A DNA stretch of 27,704 bases from Azolla caroliniana (GCA_043228905.1 JBHGNT010000409.1:1-27704), one strand, 5' to 3'; counted from the first letter of the stretch, positions 11,552-23,000 are shown. The notes: generated by a model from the letters alone, not told the origin. Translations and numbers: made by a program.

Positions 11552-14500
11552 ATGAATACTCAAATGGGAAGCGCTCTTCCTATCGAGAAACTCAATAGAA
11601 ACAACTTCGCATCTTGGGAGTACAAGATGCACCAATACCTTGTCGGTCAAGGCTATTGGAGCTATGTCGAGGGAGCACAAGAAAATCAACCCAACCCGGC
11701 ACATGCCGACCACCCAGCTTGGGAGCAAGCGGCGAGTCGTGTGTTGCATTGCCTTGCATCATGCGTTCATGATCACATACTCGACTACATTCATGAGGCC
11801 AAAACGCCAAAAGAGGCGTGGGAGAACCTCAAAAAGATATTGACGGCCAACATAATCGCACGAAAGCTTGAACTCCGCCAAGAGTTGAACAACACACAAC
11901 AAAGGGATATGTCAATCGACAACTACACCTTGAAGATCAAGGAGTTGGGTGAGTCCCTCAGGTCAATCAATGTCAACATTGATGACGACGAAATGGTGCA
12001 GATATGACTCGGAGGCCTAGCACTTCGGTTCGGCATCATACGGTCGTCTGTCCTTGTGAGGGAGAATCCTCCTCCTTCGGTCTCTATTCGATGTTATTGG
12101 TCGAAGAAAACCACTTCAGAACAAGAGGCAATGAATCAGACGGACAAATGCTCTACGCGAGTTTGGACGAACAAAGAGTGCAAGACCATGGAAGAAGGGG
12201 CCAATCAGGCCAAGGCCAAAACAACCAAAGGCAGTCCCATGAACACAACTTCTTCTACCAGCAAAATGTTGCAAACGCGCAAGGCAAAGCATCTAGTAGA
12301 AGGGGGAGCAATCATGCCGGACCTAGTTGTCAAAACAACTTTGCCCAATGTGGATATTGTGGCAAATTTGGCCACTAGGAGGTAGAGTGTTGAAGGAAGA
12401 ACAATGAGTCGGCCTCCACAAGTCGACAACTCACCAACTACACCTCAAAGTCTGATTACGAAGATCGTGGCGGAATGTTTGTAATGAGGCACAGAGCAAA
12501 CTCAATGTCAGCCTCCAACCTGACCAACACTTCCAACTCAGAAGATGCATGGTTTGTCGACTCAGGTGCATCCAATCACATGAAGTCTCTTAAAGATTGG
12601 TTCTGAGAGCTAGGAAACCCCGAACAACCCGACTATGTGGAAAGTAGGGATGACACAATTCACCCCATTAAACATGTTGGTAATGTCCCATTTGACGAAG
12701 AGGACGTACATCAAGAACGTCTTGCATGTTCCGACAATAACGAAGAATCTGGTCTCTGTCAGCCAGATTGTGGAATAGGGCATGCAGGTTTGGTTCAACG
12801 AAGGAGGATGCTTCATAGAAAAGGAAGGCCGAATTATCGCTCGCGGTCGAAGAGAAGGTCGGATGTTCATCCTCAATTCTCGCGAGATGAAATCGGCAAT
12901 GTTGCCAAGGGCCATAATGCCAACATCGACATAGAGTTGTGACACAAAAGAATCAACCACATCAATATCCACAAGCTCAAAGGAATGTAGTCGAAATGAG
13001 TCATCATCGGACCCCCGACCTTTACCGAGAAGGAGATTGTAGGCATATGTGAAGCCTGCCAATTCAGTAAACAACACTGACAACTGTTCCCAAAGGAGAG
13101 GAACGTGAGCAAAGGAACCCTAGATGCAATACATTTAGATGTATGGGGACAAGCCCAAACGACAACATTTGGTGGTTGCCAATATTATGTGACATTTATT
13201 GACGACTTCTCCAAGCATACCTGGATATTCCATATGCGGCAGAAGAGTGAAGTGCTCTCACACTTCCAAAAATTCAAAAACGAAGTCAAAAGGTAACTGG
13301 ACATCATGTATGGTGCCTTTGATCAATCATCGACAAAGAGTACTTCTCTGACACCTTCACAACATATCTTTGACAAAAAGGAATCCAGTGGGAGTTTACT
13401 TGCCGACACACACCTTAGCATAATGGGGTAGACAAACAAAACAACCGGCATAGAGTCGAGGTGGCAAGGGCAATGATGGATGAGAAACATCTACCAAATT
13501 TGTACTGGGTTGAAGCGGCGAACATGGCCATCTATCTAATGAATTGATGCACAACATTCGGAGTGCATGATATTACCCCCCACGAGAGGTTCTATGGAAA
13601 GAAGTCAGATCTATCCCACATCAGGATATTTGGCTTGATTGCATACATACATATTCCCGACAAGAAGCGTCAGAAGCTATATCCTTAGTCAAAGAAATGT
13701 ATCCTCATGGGGTACTCACTCAATCAAAAGGGGTATAAGTGCTTCGACAAATCGGCATCTTGGTACACAACCGACTCAACTCCCTCTAATCCGACCAAAA
13801 CCGATTTCGACATAGACTCGAAGGAGGTTGATTGTTTAAGGCTCACAAGAAAGGAAAAGTCCAATCTCAACAAGGTTGAGTGAACCACAAGAGACTCCAA
13901 GCAACCAAAGTACATCGCGGCCAAGTCCAAAAACAAACAAATGGAAGGCCAAAATGCCAGAGTACAAAGGCTCAGATAGAAATGAATCAACTCACTCACT
14001 CGAGAGTGGGTATGGTGGATTTGATGTGCCTATCATGAGGACACTAGGATCCAAGAAAGTGTTCACGAAGATAAGTGAACAACTTTGTCGGTCCACCCGA
14101 GAGAAAAACATAGTCAGACAATTCGGTTACAACGATTACATGGCATACCATTATGTGTTCATGATGAAGGTGGCGATAGTCCAAGAGCCGGAAAATGTTT
14201 CCGAAGCCACGAAGGACCCACGATGGGTCGAAGCGATGAATGAGGAGATGCAAGCACTTTCCAAATTTATTGAGACGTGGGATCTTGTCCCCTCTTCATC
14301 CCATCAAAAGACAATCGGATGTCGATGGATATTCAAGGTGAAGCACAATGCCGACAACACTATCAATTAGTATAAGGCCCGACTTGTGGCAAAAGGTTAT
14401 GCGTAGACACATAGGGTTCATTATGAAGAGATCTTTGCCCCGGTGACAAATATGACTACCTTTCAATTGTGATCGCGCTTGCAGCAACCAAAGGGTGGCA

Positions 14501-15735
14501 TCTACACCAAATGGACGTCAAGAACGCCTTTCTTCAAGGCGAATTAGAGGTGTACATGGTACAACCACCCAATTTCAAGTCAAGCACATACCCACAAGCG
14601 GTATGCCGACTCAAAAAGCCTCTCTACAACCTCAAGCAAGCACCTAGAGCATGACATTTGAAGATAACCCAATATCTTCACCAAATCAGCTTCCAAATGT
14701 CCAAGTCCACCAATTCTCTGTTCATCTGGAGTGATTCCAGAGGACATGTATTTATCATAATATATGTAGATGACTTGGCCATTGGGGGAGAACATTTAGT
14801 AGATATCGATCATATCAAAAAGCTACTCTCTAGTCGATTCGAAATGAAAGACATGAAGGAGCTTCATTACTTTCTAGGCATAAAAGTCATTCGGACTCCT
14901 GACGACATCATGATCTCCCAACGATATTATATTCTCAATCTTCTGTTCAAGTTTGGGATGACAGAGTGTAAGCTTGTCGCTACCCCTCTTGATCGAAACC
15001 TAAAGCTAGATGCCGAGTTTGGCACAAAAGAGTGTGAGCCGATTCTCTATCGACAGCTAGTCAAAAACCTAATCTGCCTCACCATTACTTGACCCGACCT
15101 CAGCTACCCAGTCGGTCTCCTTAGCCAGTTTATGCAGACACCACGGAACATTCACATAGATTGTGCTAAACGAGTGTTATGCTATGTAAATGGGACAATA
15201 GATTATGCCATATCGGCCACACCGAGTTCACCTAGTTCACTTGAAGAGTACACAAATGTCGACTGGGCCGGCTATAAAACCGTTAGACGATCAACATCGG
15301 GCTTCGTCTTCTCCCTCGACAGTGGAGCCATATCGTGGAGCACTAAGAAGTTGCCAGCAGTCGCATGTCGAGCACAGAGGCCAAATACAGGGGCACAACA
15401 ATTTCCACATGTGAAGCCATTTGGTTGACATGAATATTGAAGGATCTGGGCGTTCCCATCACAGATGCGATTCTCCTCTACTGCGACAACATGAGCAGTA
15501 TTCATCTGGCTCAGAACCCTGTTTTTCACATTCAAACCAAGCACATCGAAGTGCACACTATCATTTCATCTGAGAACGTGTACAGGCCAAAGATGTTGAC
15601 TTGCAACACATAAGTACGAATCTACAAACAGTCAACATCTTCACGAAGGCCCTGGGAACCAACAAGCTGCGGCAGTTTGCGAGGAACCTGGGTCTTTCCA
15701 TTGCTAACCAGCCGAGCTTGAGGGGGAGTATGGAT
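11552..15735 (+). pseudogene. Disrupted copia gag-pol polyprotein
   Basis: ORF-track fragments 11552-12007, 12004-12378, 13105-13296, 13876-14370, 14469-14654, 14658-15092 and 15132-15428 are pieces of one polyprotein broken by stops and frameshifts. Confidence 0.92.
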
Positions 15736-15861
15736 AAGGAGTCGTCCGACATGAAGTCGAATAGGGCAGAACGAACATAGAAGCTGGAGCTGACTTGAAG
15801 CCGATTTGAAGACCAATCCAAACCAACTATTCGCCGACCGAAAATTGTGTTTGAGGGTGTG

Positions 15862-16023
15862 TGTTGAGAATCAAACTCAACTTCCCTAGTGTGGGAACAC
15901 ACCTTAGGAATACCCCAAGTGTGTGAACATCCCACCTCCTTTGTATCATAGTTAATGTGTCATAGAAGTTAAGTCCTATGACACATATTTCATAAGTAAT
16001 TAAGACTCCATAAGCACCTTCTC
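15862..16023 (+). repeat. Partial 3' LTR
   Basis: Matches 10987-11134 (6 substitutions and 1 indel in ~148 bp, counted by eye), lacks 11135-11188, matches again to 11201, then homology stops. Preceded by decayed PPT TTGAGGGTGTG. Confidence 0.92.
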
Positions 16024-16207
16024 AGTCCAAGAAGGGTCAAATTCAAGTAGGGTTGAATCCATCTATTCCATTGCAACCCCTCGAAAAATATGTGTCCTAA
16101 CAACTAGACATTAAAAAGCAATGGAATAGAATGTCTAGTTGCAAATTAAAAGACATAAATTATATACGACATATTGTATAGTGGTATATTAGTATTAATA
16201 TATATGT

Positions 16208-16279
16208 GGTTCCATGGTCTAGTGGTTAGGACATTGGACTCTGAATCCAATAACCTGAGTTCAAGTCTCGGTGGAACCT
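16208..16279 (+). tRNA. trnQ-CTG: tRNA-Gln (anticodon CTG), intact 72-nt cloverleaf
   Basis: Acceptor GGTTCCA/TGGAACC; D arm GTC..GAC with A-box TGGTCTAGTGG; anticodon arm TTGGA-CT-CTG-AA-TCCAA; T arm CTGAG-TTCAAGT-CTCGG. Close to plant cytosolic tRNA-Gln(CTG). No adjacent oligo-T terminator, so function is uncertain. Confidence 0.9.
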
Positions 16280-16416
16280 CCTTGAATAGTTACTTCATGT
16301 GTTTGAGAGTTAATGCAAACAATGTGATGCATGATGACTATTATGTGGCTACGATAGTGGACCTTATATCCAATGTGTTACATGAATATGTCAAATGAAT
16401 ATCACATAGCCTCTTA

Positions 16417-17500
16417 TGTGGTTAGGACATTGAACACGAAAAGATCTCTCCTATGGTTCAATGCTCTAGTGGTTAGGGCATTGAACTTCAAATACAATAA
16501 CCTAGGCTTGACCCTTGGTGGAATGTCTTATTCTTTTTCCTAAATAGTTATTGTATACCTTTAACTTTTATAATGGTCTTGTGGTTAAAGACATTGGAGT
16601 TGGGCATTGAACTTCAAATACAATAACTTAGGTTCAAGCCTTGGTGGAATGTCCCTATTCTTTTTCTTAAATCTTAAATACTTATTGTATATCTTGAAAA
16701 TTTATAATGGTCTTGTGGTTAAAGACATTGAACTTTGAATCTAGTAACCTAATTTCAAGCTTCGGTCAAACTCTTTGTATGGTTCCATAGTCTTAAATAA
16801 GGATTAGGACATTGGATTCTAAATGTAGTAATCCGAGTTGAAGCCTCGGTGAAACCTCCTTGTTCTTTTCTTAAATAGTTGTTATATACCTTAAATGAAT
16901 CTAAACAAAAGTAACATCTTATATGGTTCCATGGTCTCATGGAATCTAGTAACCCAAGTTCAAGCCTCGGTCGAACTCTTTGGATGGTTCCATAGTCTTA
17001 AGGGTTAGGAAATTGGATTCTGAATGTAGTAATCCAAATTGAAGCCTCAATGGTATAACCTTGTCTTTTTTCTTCAGTAGTTATTATATTTTTGAGAATC
17101 AATGCAACCAAAGTGATACATGATTATCAGAAGTGATATTTACACGCTTGAAGTATCAAGCAATTGTTTGAGGTCCAACTCAGTGACAACATAGTCTTGT
17201 TGATTTGTTTAGTCAAATGAAAAGCGGGACGGGTGTTTGTCATCCCAATGATTGTCAACCACTAGTATTGACTCGTCAAAAGGTTTAGGGGTTAGGACAT
17301 TGGATTTTGAATATAATAACTTTGTAGGTGAACCACCATATATCTTTTCTTGAAATGCTCTTGTGGTCTAGGGGTTAGAACTTAGAACATTGGACTTAGA
17401 ACAAAATAACTTGAGTTCAAGCCTCAATGGAACCTACCTATCTATTTTCTTGAATAGTTATTACATGTTTGGGAATCAATGCAACCAAAGTGATACACGA
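16417..17500 (+). repeat. Tandem array of ~9 degenerate tRNA-Gln-derived units (pseudogenes) with a shared 3' flank
   Basis: Copies at about 16417-16440 (partial), 16455-16526, 16568-16652 (chimeric), 16701-16772, 16781-16857, 16925-16977, 16986-17060, 17281-17334 and 17358-17435. Recurring GGTTCCAT.GTCT, GGTTAGGACATTG.A, TTCAAGCCTCGGTGGAACCT and tail TCTTTTC(T)TRAATAGTTATT. Confidence 0.88.
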
Positions 17501-17624
17501 GGATGGGAAGTGAGAAAATTAGTGCATCAAATGAAATAGAAACAATTAAAAAATTGTTGTTATTGCCCTAGATTAACAATTAGGGGTTATATTCTTTACC
17601 ATTCTATCCTTTCATGTTATTAGA

Positions 17625-18281
17625 AACATGGATGCTTGGCCCATAGAGGTACTAGCCAAGTAGGGTAAATAAGTATATCATAAAGGTTGAGAATAAGCTC
17701 AATCACATATTGGCAAAACAAGCTTGGAACATAGAATACAAGGTACAAAAAACAATTATGCGCAAAATCCTCTCATCTAGTTGTAGAATGGGTGCTTGGC
17801 CCATAGAGATAGTAATCAAGTAGAGTATACAAACAAGTGTATCGAAAAGGTCCAGAATATGTCGATCACATATTGCAACAAGAAGCTCGAAACACAGAAT
17901 GCAAGGTACATAAACAATTAAAAGCCAAATCTTCTCAGCTATCATCTAGTTGTAGAATGGGTGGTTGGCCCATAGAGATACTAATCAAGTAGAGTATACA
18001 AACAAGTGTATCGCAAAGGTCAAGATATGTAGATCACATATTGCAACAAGAAGCTTGGAAAACATAATGCAAGGTACATAAAACAATTAAAAGCCAAATC
18101 TTCTCATCTATCATCTAGTTGAAGAATGGGTGCTTGGCCCATAGAGATACTAATCAAGTAGAGTATACAAACTAGTGTATCGAAAAGGTCAAGAATATGT
18201 AGATCACATATTGCAACCAAAAGGTTGGAACACAGAATAGGTACATAAAACAATTAAAAGCCAAATCTTCTCATCTAGTTG
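17625..18281. repeat. Tandem repeat, ~160-169 bp unit, about 4 copies
   Basis: TCTAGTTG anchors at 17776, 17945, 18114 and 18274. GCTTGGCCCATAGAG, ATCACATATTG and GGTACATAAA motifs recur. The first copy is the most diverged. Confidence 0.93.
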
Positions 18282-19440
18282 GATACTTGATGTTATGAAA
18301 TTGTTCAAAAGATGGAGAGTAACGATCTAATAATGCTCTCAACTATTTTGGGGTGTATAATCAAAGCATGGTTAGTTTATTTGTATATGTTCTTACGTGT
18401 TATTTAATATTAACTAGTAAGTTTAATGCTTAAGCCTTATTGAGTCACTAGTTAGCTTGTTGGTTTAGATAACCATTTAAGAGAGGCAAAGAAACTCGAA
18501 GACTTCACATATATCACGATATATGGGTACTAGTAGCTTGAGGGTTCTTGATGACCACTCTTGCTCTTTTCACCAACAAAACGGTATACAATGATCAGCC
18601 CCAATATACTACTTCGGCAATAGGGTATACCAATTCTCGCGACGGTTGTTGTTGGCCATCTGGTGGGTTTTAGTATTTAATTAGACCACTTTGTATACAA
18701 CAAACCAACATTTATAAAGGTTTTTGTACATTCCAACCAAAATACTAAGAAAGTGCAAGGGCAAATGTTGACCCAATAAAACAAAAGAAGATACTAGAGT
18801 ATTGAACAGGAAGTCAAACGTCAAATAGGCATTAACCAAGAGATATCTCAATAGACTGGGTGATGGAGGCACGATATTCCCCCATCACCCACATCCATAA
18901 AAGCTCAAGTGTTCACCCTCTTTGGAGTGTGAAAGGCATAGATTATCAACAATATTCTTTAATTCAATGTCATTATCACCATGTTGACTCTTTGCCCCCC
19001 ACCCCTCCTTTAGTCTTAACTTGAGTGATTTAAGTCAGTGAATATTGAGTGCAATCTGATTAATTAAATAAGTGATAAGTGATTAAGCACAATGCATTGT
19101 TATCAGTATCTAAGAGTGTGATCAGCCAAACCATTGTGTCATGAGTATTGTGTGCTTCATATGCCTTTGATTGTCTTGTTAAGTGTCAAACCTAAGTTGC
19201 ACAACACTTGGAAGGTGAGATGGTTTATATCCCATGCCCATCCTTGTTAAGAAGTTGTGGCCGCATGTGCTGCCCAAGACCAACATGATGGTTTAGAATG
19301 GACTCTCATGTCCACAACTTTAGTACTGATACCATGACAACACTTAATGACCACAATGGACTACACTAAAAGTAATGAATGTTGTTTCAGATTGGGAACA
19401 AAGTGAATTTCAGACGATAGATCTACTCACCGCCATCCAA

Positions 19441-19559
<119 letters not shown>

Positions 19560-19848
19560 AAACAAGCAAATATAACCTTAATTAAGCTCACTCCAAATTT
19601 CGAAGTCTATATTGAATGAGAGATGGCAATATAAGGATTACAATATAAATAGTCATTGATGCAGTCACTCATCCTTTCCATCTCAATGACTCACATCTAT
19701 GTCAAGGAAAGACATTCAAACTAGAAAACCCCACATGCAAGATGCAGATGAACCACATTTTCAATTCCTTTTGTTTGACATATGTCATTGCCAATACACA
19801 TTTTGCATCAACATTTTCCACTACTTACAAGGCAATTTGTCTTGGACA

Positions 19849-20062
19849 TCATGATGTGCTTTCTGGCTGCGGTCGCCAATTTGTCTTTTGAACCACTAAC
19901 AGTCCCTCAGGTTCTTTACCATACTTCAAGATGATATTCCAGTGTAATGATCTCGAGACCAACTCTATTTCAGTGATACTATCCAGACTATCTCGGAATA
20001 TTGCCCATCCTAGTGGTCGCAAAAGACGATCCATCTCCCCAATGGTACTTTTGATGTCACAT
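19849..20062 (-). CDS. PMT-like exon 8 (stop)
   Basis: [24 protein letters not shown]...[12 protein letters not shown]. Confidence 0.92.
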
Positions 20063-23000
20063 CTATGTATATTTCAAAAGACAGTTTTAACCTGCTAGAA
20101 GATGCTCATTAACATAAATTAGCATTTGACTCAAGCGTTAAGAGTTTTACCTCTTCTTAAGCTTGTCAAAAAGGTGAACTGAGTGAAGTAGATCATAGGT
20201 TCTTGGATATGAGCTGAACGATTCACACCAATCATGGTATATCCCAAAGAGACCCCTGTCATATATGATTGGCAACATATCAAGAGCATCATACTGTATC
20301 ACATTCATAACCCACACTGATTGTGATGCCAAAGCAGCTGCAAAACTGTAACAATACAAGAAATAACCATAGGCTTAATAGACTTGCAATATAAAGTCAA
20401 TCCTAGTAAACACTAAATGACTAAATTTATTACCCTCCATATCCTGCTTTCATATCCATCACATTTCTAATACTGGTCCAATCAATACCAAGACCTCTGA
20501 GATATGACTTTTCTACAACATGCTGCCAATATTTGGTATCAGACAAAAAACTAGCTGCGTCTGGCTTATCATATAGGCCTTTTTCATCGCTCAACCACAT
20601 TGGTGCTGATGTTAGTCGTAACGGCCACTCCTGCGGCCACTCTAAGCCACGAGAAGCCTGCTGAGACGGAATTCTGTGTATACATGCATTCATTGGGATA
20701 TACCTTTCATAACAAAATCAACAATGTGAGTCATGCACAAAAACAATGTATTGTACATTGTAGAGAAAAAATAATCTTACCAGGCTGCATCTGCTTTATC
20801 ATCATCATTACAAAATGGGGGGTAATATGTCTTTCGATTTTCATAACAAAAATTTGACATTGGTTTCTGAAAAATGGCAATTCCTATTCCTGTAGATGAA
20901 TCTGTTCTCTTTACAATTAGTTTCCAGCATATTGCTGCTGTCAGGACTTGCATTTCTGCAGAATTAAACATTTAGGTAAGTCAACATAAGAATGTTTATT
21001 AGAAGCTTTCACATGATAAGAATGGTCCATCATAAAAACTTTACATACCTTTCTAAATCAGAAATTAATCATGACAAGAACAATAAAGATGACATATCAA
21101 AAGACTCATAAGAATATTATTGCCAAACAGGATTTGAAGCAGACAGAAAAAACAAAAATAAAATCACCACAAAAACAAAGGAACTTCACAATTAAAATAA
21201 AAATAGGGTGGTGCAAACTGCAAACCTATATAAAGAGTTGTCCTATTTTCAGCATTAGTGCCGAAGTACAGTATTGCACATTTATATGGCAGCATAGATA
21301 CCAGGGCTAAATGGATGAGGCAACAAATTGCTGTTCAATAGAGGGGAATCCTTCAGAACCAACCATGAGGATGTCTGGGAGATGTTTGCAACCAAACACA
21401 TTAACAACGCAGCATAGTAGTTTAGAAGTTGCATGTATCATATTGTGAGGCATAAAATAAAGAAATGAATCGCTTGAGTTTCATCAACATGACCTTCTTG
21501 GAGGTCAATGGAAGAAATAAAAATAAAACAAATAACACAAGAAAGACAGAATGGAACTAATAAAAGAAAAACAATAACCAACGAATTCATATATAAAGCC
21601 TTGATAAACACCAAAACTAAAAATCATTAAAATTCCTGCAATATCCAAGAAAGAATATCTTTTTTTTTAATAGCTAGCTACCAATCATAATTATCAAGAA
21701 AGAAGAATTAACCTTTCCAAATACCCTTGTCTTCTGCACGTGTCGAATAGACTGGTGTTGCAGACCAAAGAAAATATCCCCCAGGTCTTAGAACACGGTT
21801 GAGCTCAAGCAAAAGTTTTCCATCTGCAAAGCAACAAAAACATATCAAATGAACAACTGTCACTTTCCTGGACCAACAAAAAGCAGTCAGGCCTTCTACC
21901 TTCAATATGCCAAGGCACCCTGCAGCGAGCACAGTGAACCAAATCAAAAACATTGCTTGGAAATGGAAGCCTTTGGGTCCCCATAACTGCTGAAATTGCA
22001 GGAATTCCACGTTCAAGCGCAAGTTGAATTTGTGCTTCATGCTCATCCTTGGGAGCAAAGGACATAGTAAGAACTTCCTTATCCAATATGTAACCACCAA
22101 AGCTGGCAACTCCACAGCCAACATCAAGAATAACACGTGTGCGACTTCCCCAAGCAACATTTGGCAATGTCTGTTTATACCACATTCAATTATGTTAAAG
22201 TTTCTGGATCCCATTTTCGATGAGTTAATCCACAGTGTATCCAGCACACATTAATGTCAATTGCACCACCACAGATACAGCAAAGAATATGTTATGCCCC
22301 TCCCAATTTCATATTACAGACAGTGATACTCATATATTATATAAAAACAATGCAGAGGTTTTATAAAGATGCAGACATGAATATTCAATGCAGAGAAAAA
22401 GATAGTGACACTGTATACGCAAGATATGCATATGCATAGATATATACCATAAATACATCTATAGTATACAAAGAAATATATTCACTAAAACCACGACATC
22501 CACATGTTCTCTTTATATGCATGCATGTGTGCGCCCGAACAGCACATATTTCTATACACATCTGCACAAATTTATAATATGTATGTGTATCAATCATTCA
22601 TGACAGGCATGTAAATTCCAGCAACATACATATGCATGCAAAATGGTCCACTTACAAGGATGCATAGTTTATCACTTTCAGGTGCATGACAAAAATACAC
22701 TTGAAATAGGAATGACCTTTGACCTGCTGAATGAACTCAATGTAGTGATGAGCACCATGCTTGAATTGAGTTCCACCTCCTGGAAACAAAAGTTTCTCGC
22801 CTGATCTCTTCACCCAATTCTGATCTTTTTTGTAAGACACCAACCCTGGATGAGGAACATTGCTGTACCAAATCTGTACCATCAATTAAGTAAGAAGGGC
22901 AGTTAATGCAGTTTCAATTATAACGCTAGCATTATTAACTATGGCAATAGAAAGACAATAGGAAAAGAAAAAATTCAAGAAAGGCGAACATAAGAAAAGA

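Larger units (their letters stand above)
10987..16023 (+). mobile_element. Ty1/copia LTR retrotransposon, near full-length, inactivated, with a truncated 3' LTR
   Basis: 5' LTR TG...CA, iMet PBS, gag from 11552, zinc knuckle CGYCGKFGH*EVEC (~12348-12390), protease WFVDSGASNHM (~12550), integrase (HLDVWG, YVTFIDDFSK), RT (HQMDVKNAFL, IYVDDL), RNase H (DWAG, YCDN, KHIEVH), PPT and 3' LTR. The order PR-INT-RT-RH is that of copia. Confidence 0.96.

Noticed and set aside
16174-16398. 74-aa ORF
   Set aside because: Chance frame running through the tRNA-Gln gene, with no recognisable protein features.
16208-18281. CRISPR-like repeat-spacer appearance
   Set aside because: The repeats are tRNA-derived or full-length tandem monomers without unique spacers. 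The context is eukaryotic and no cas genes are present.
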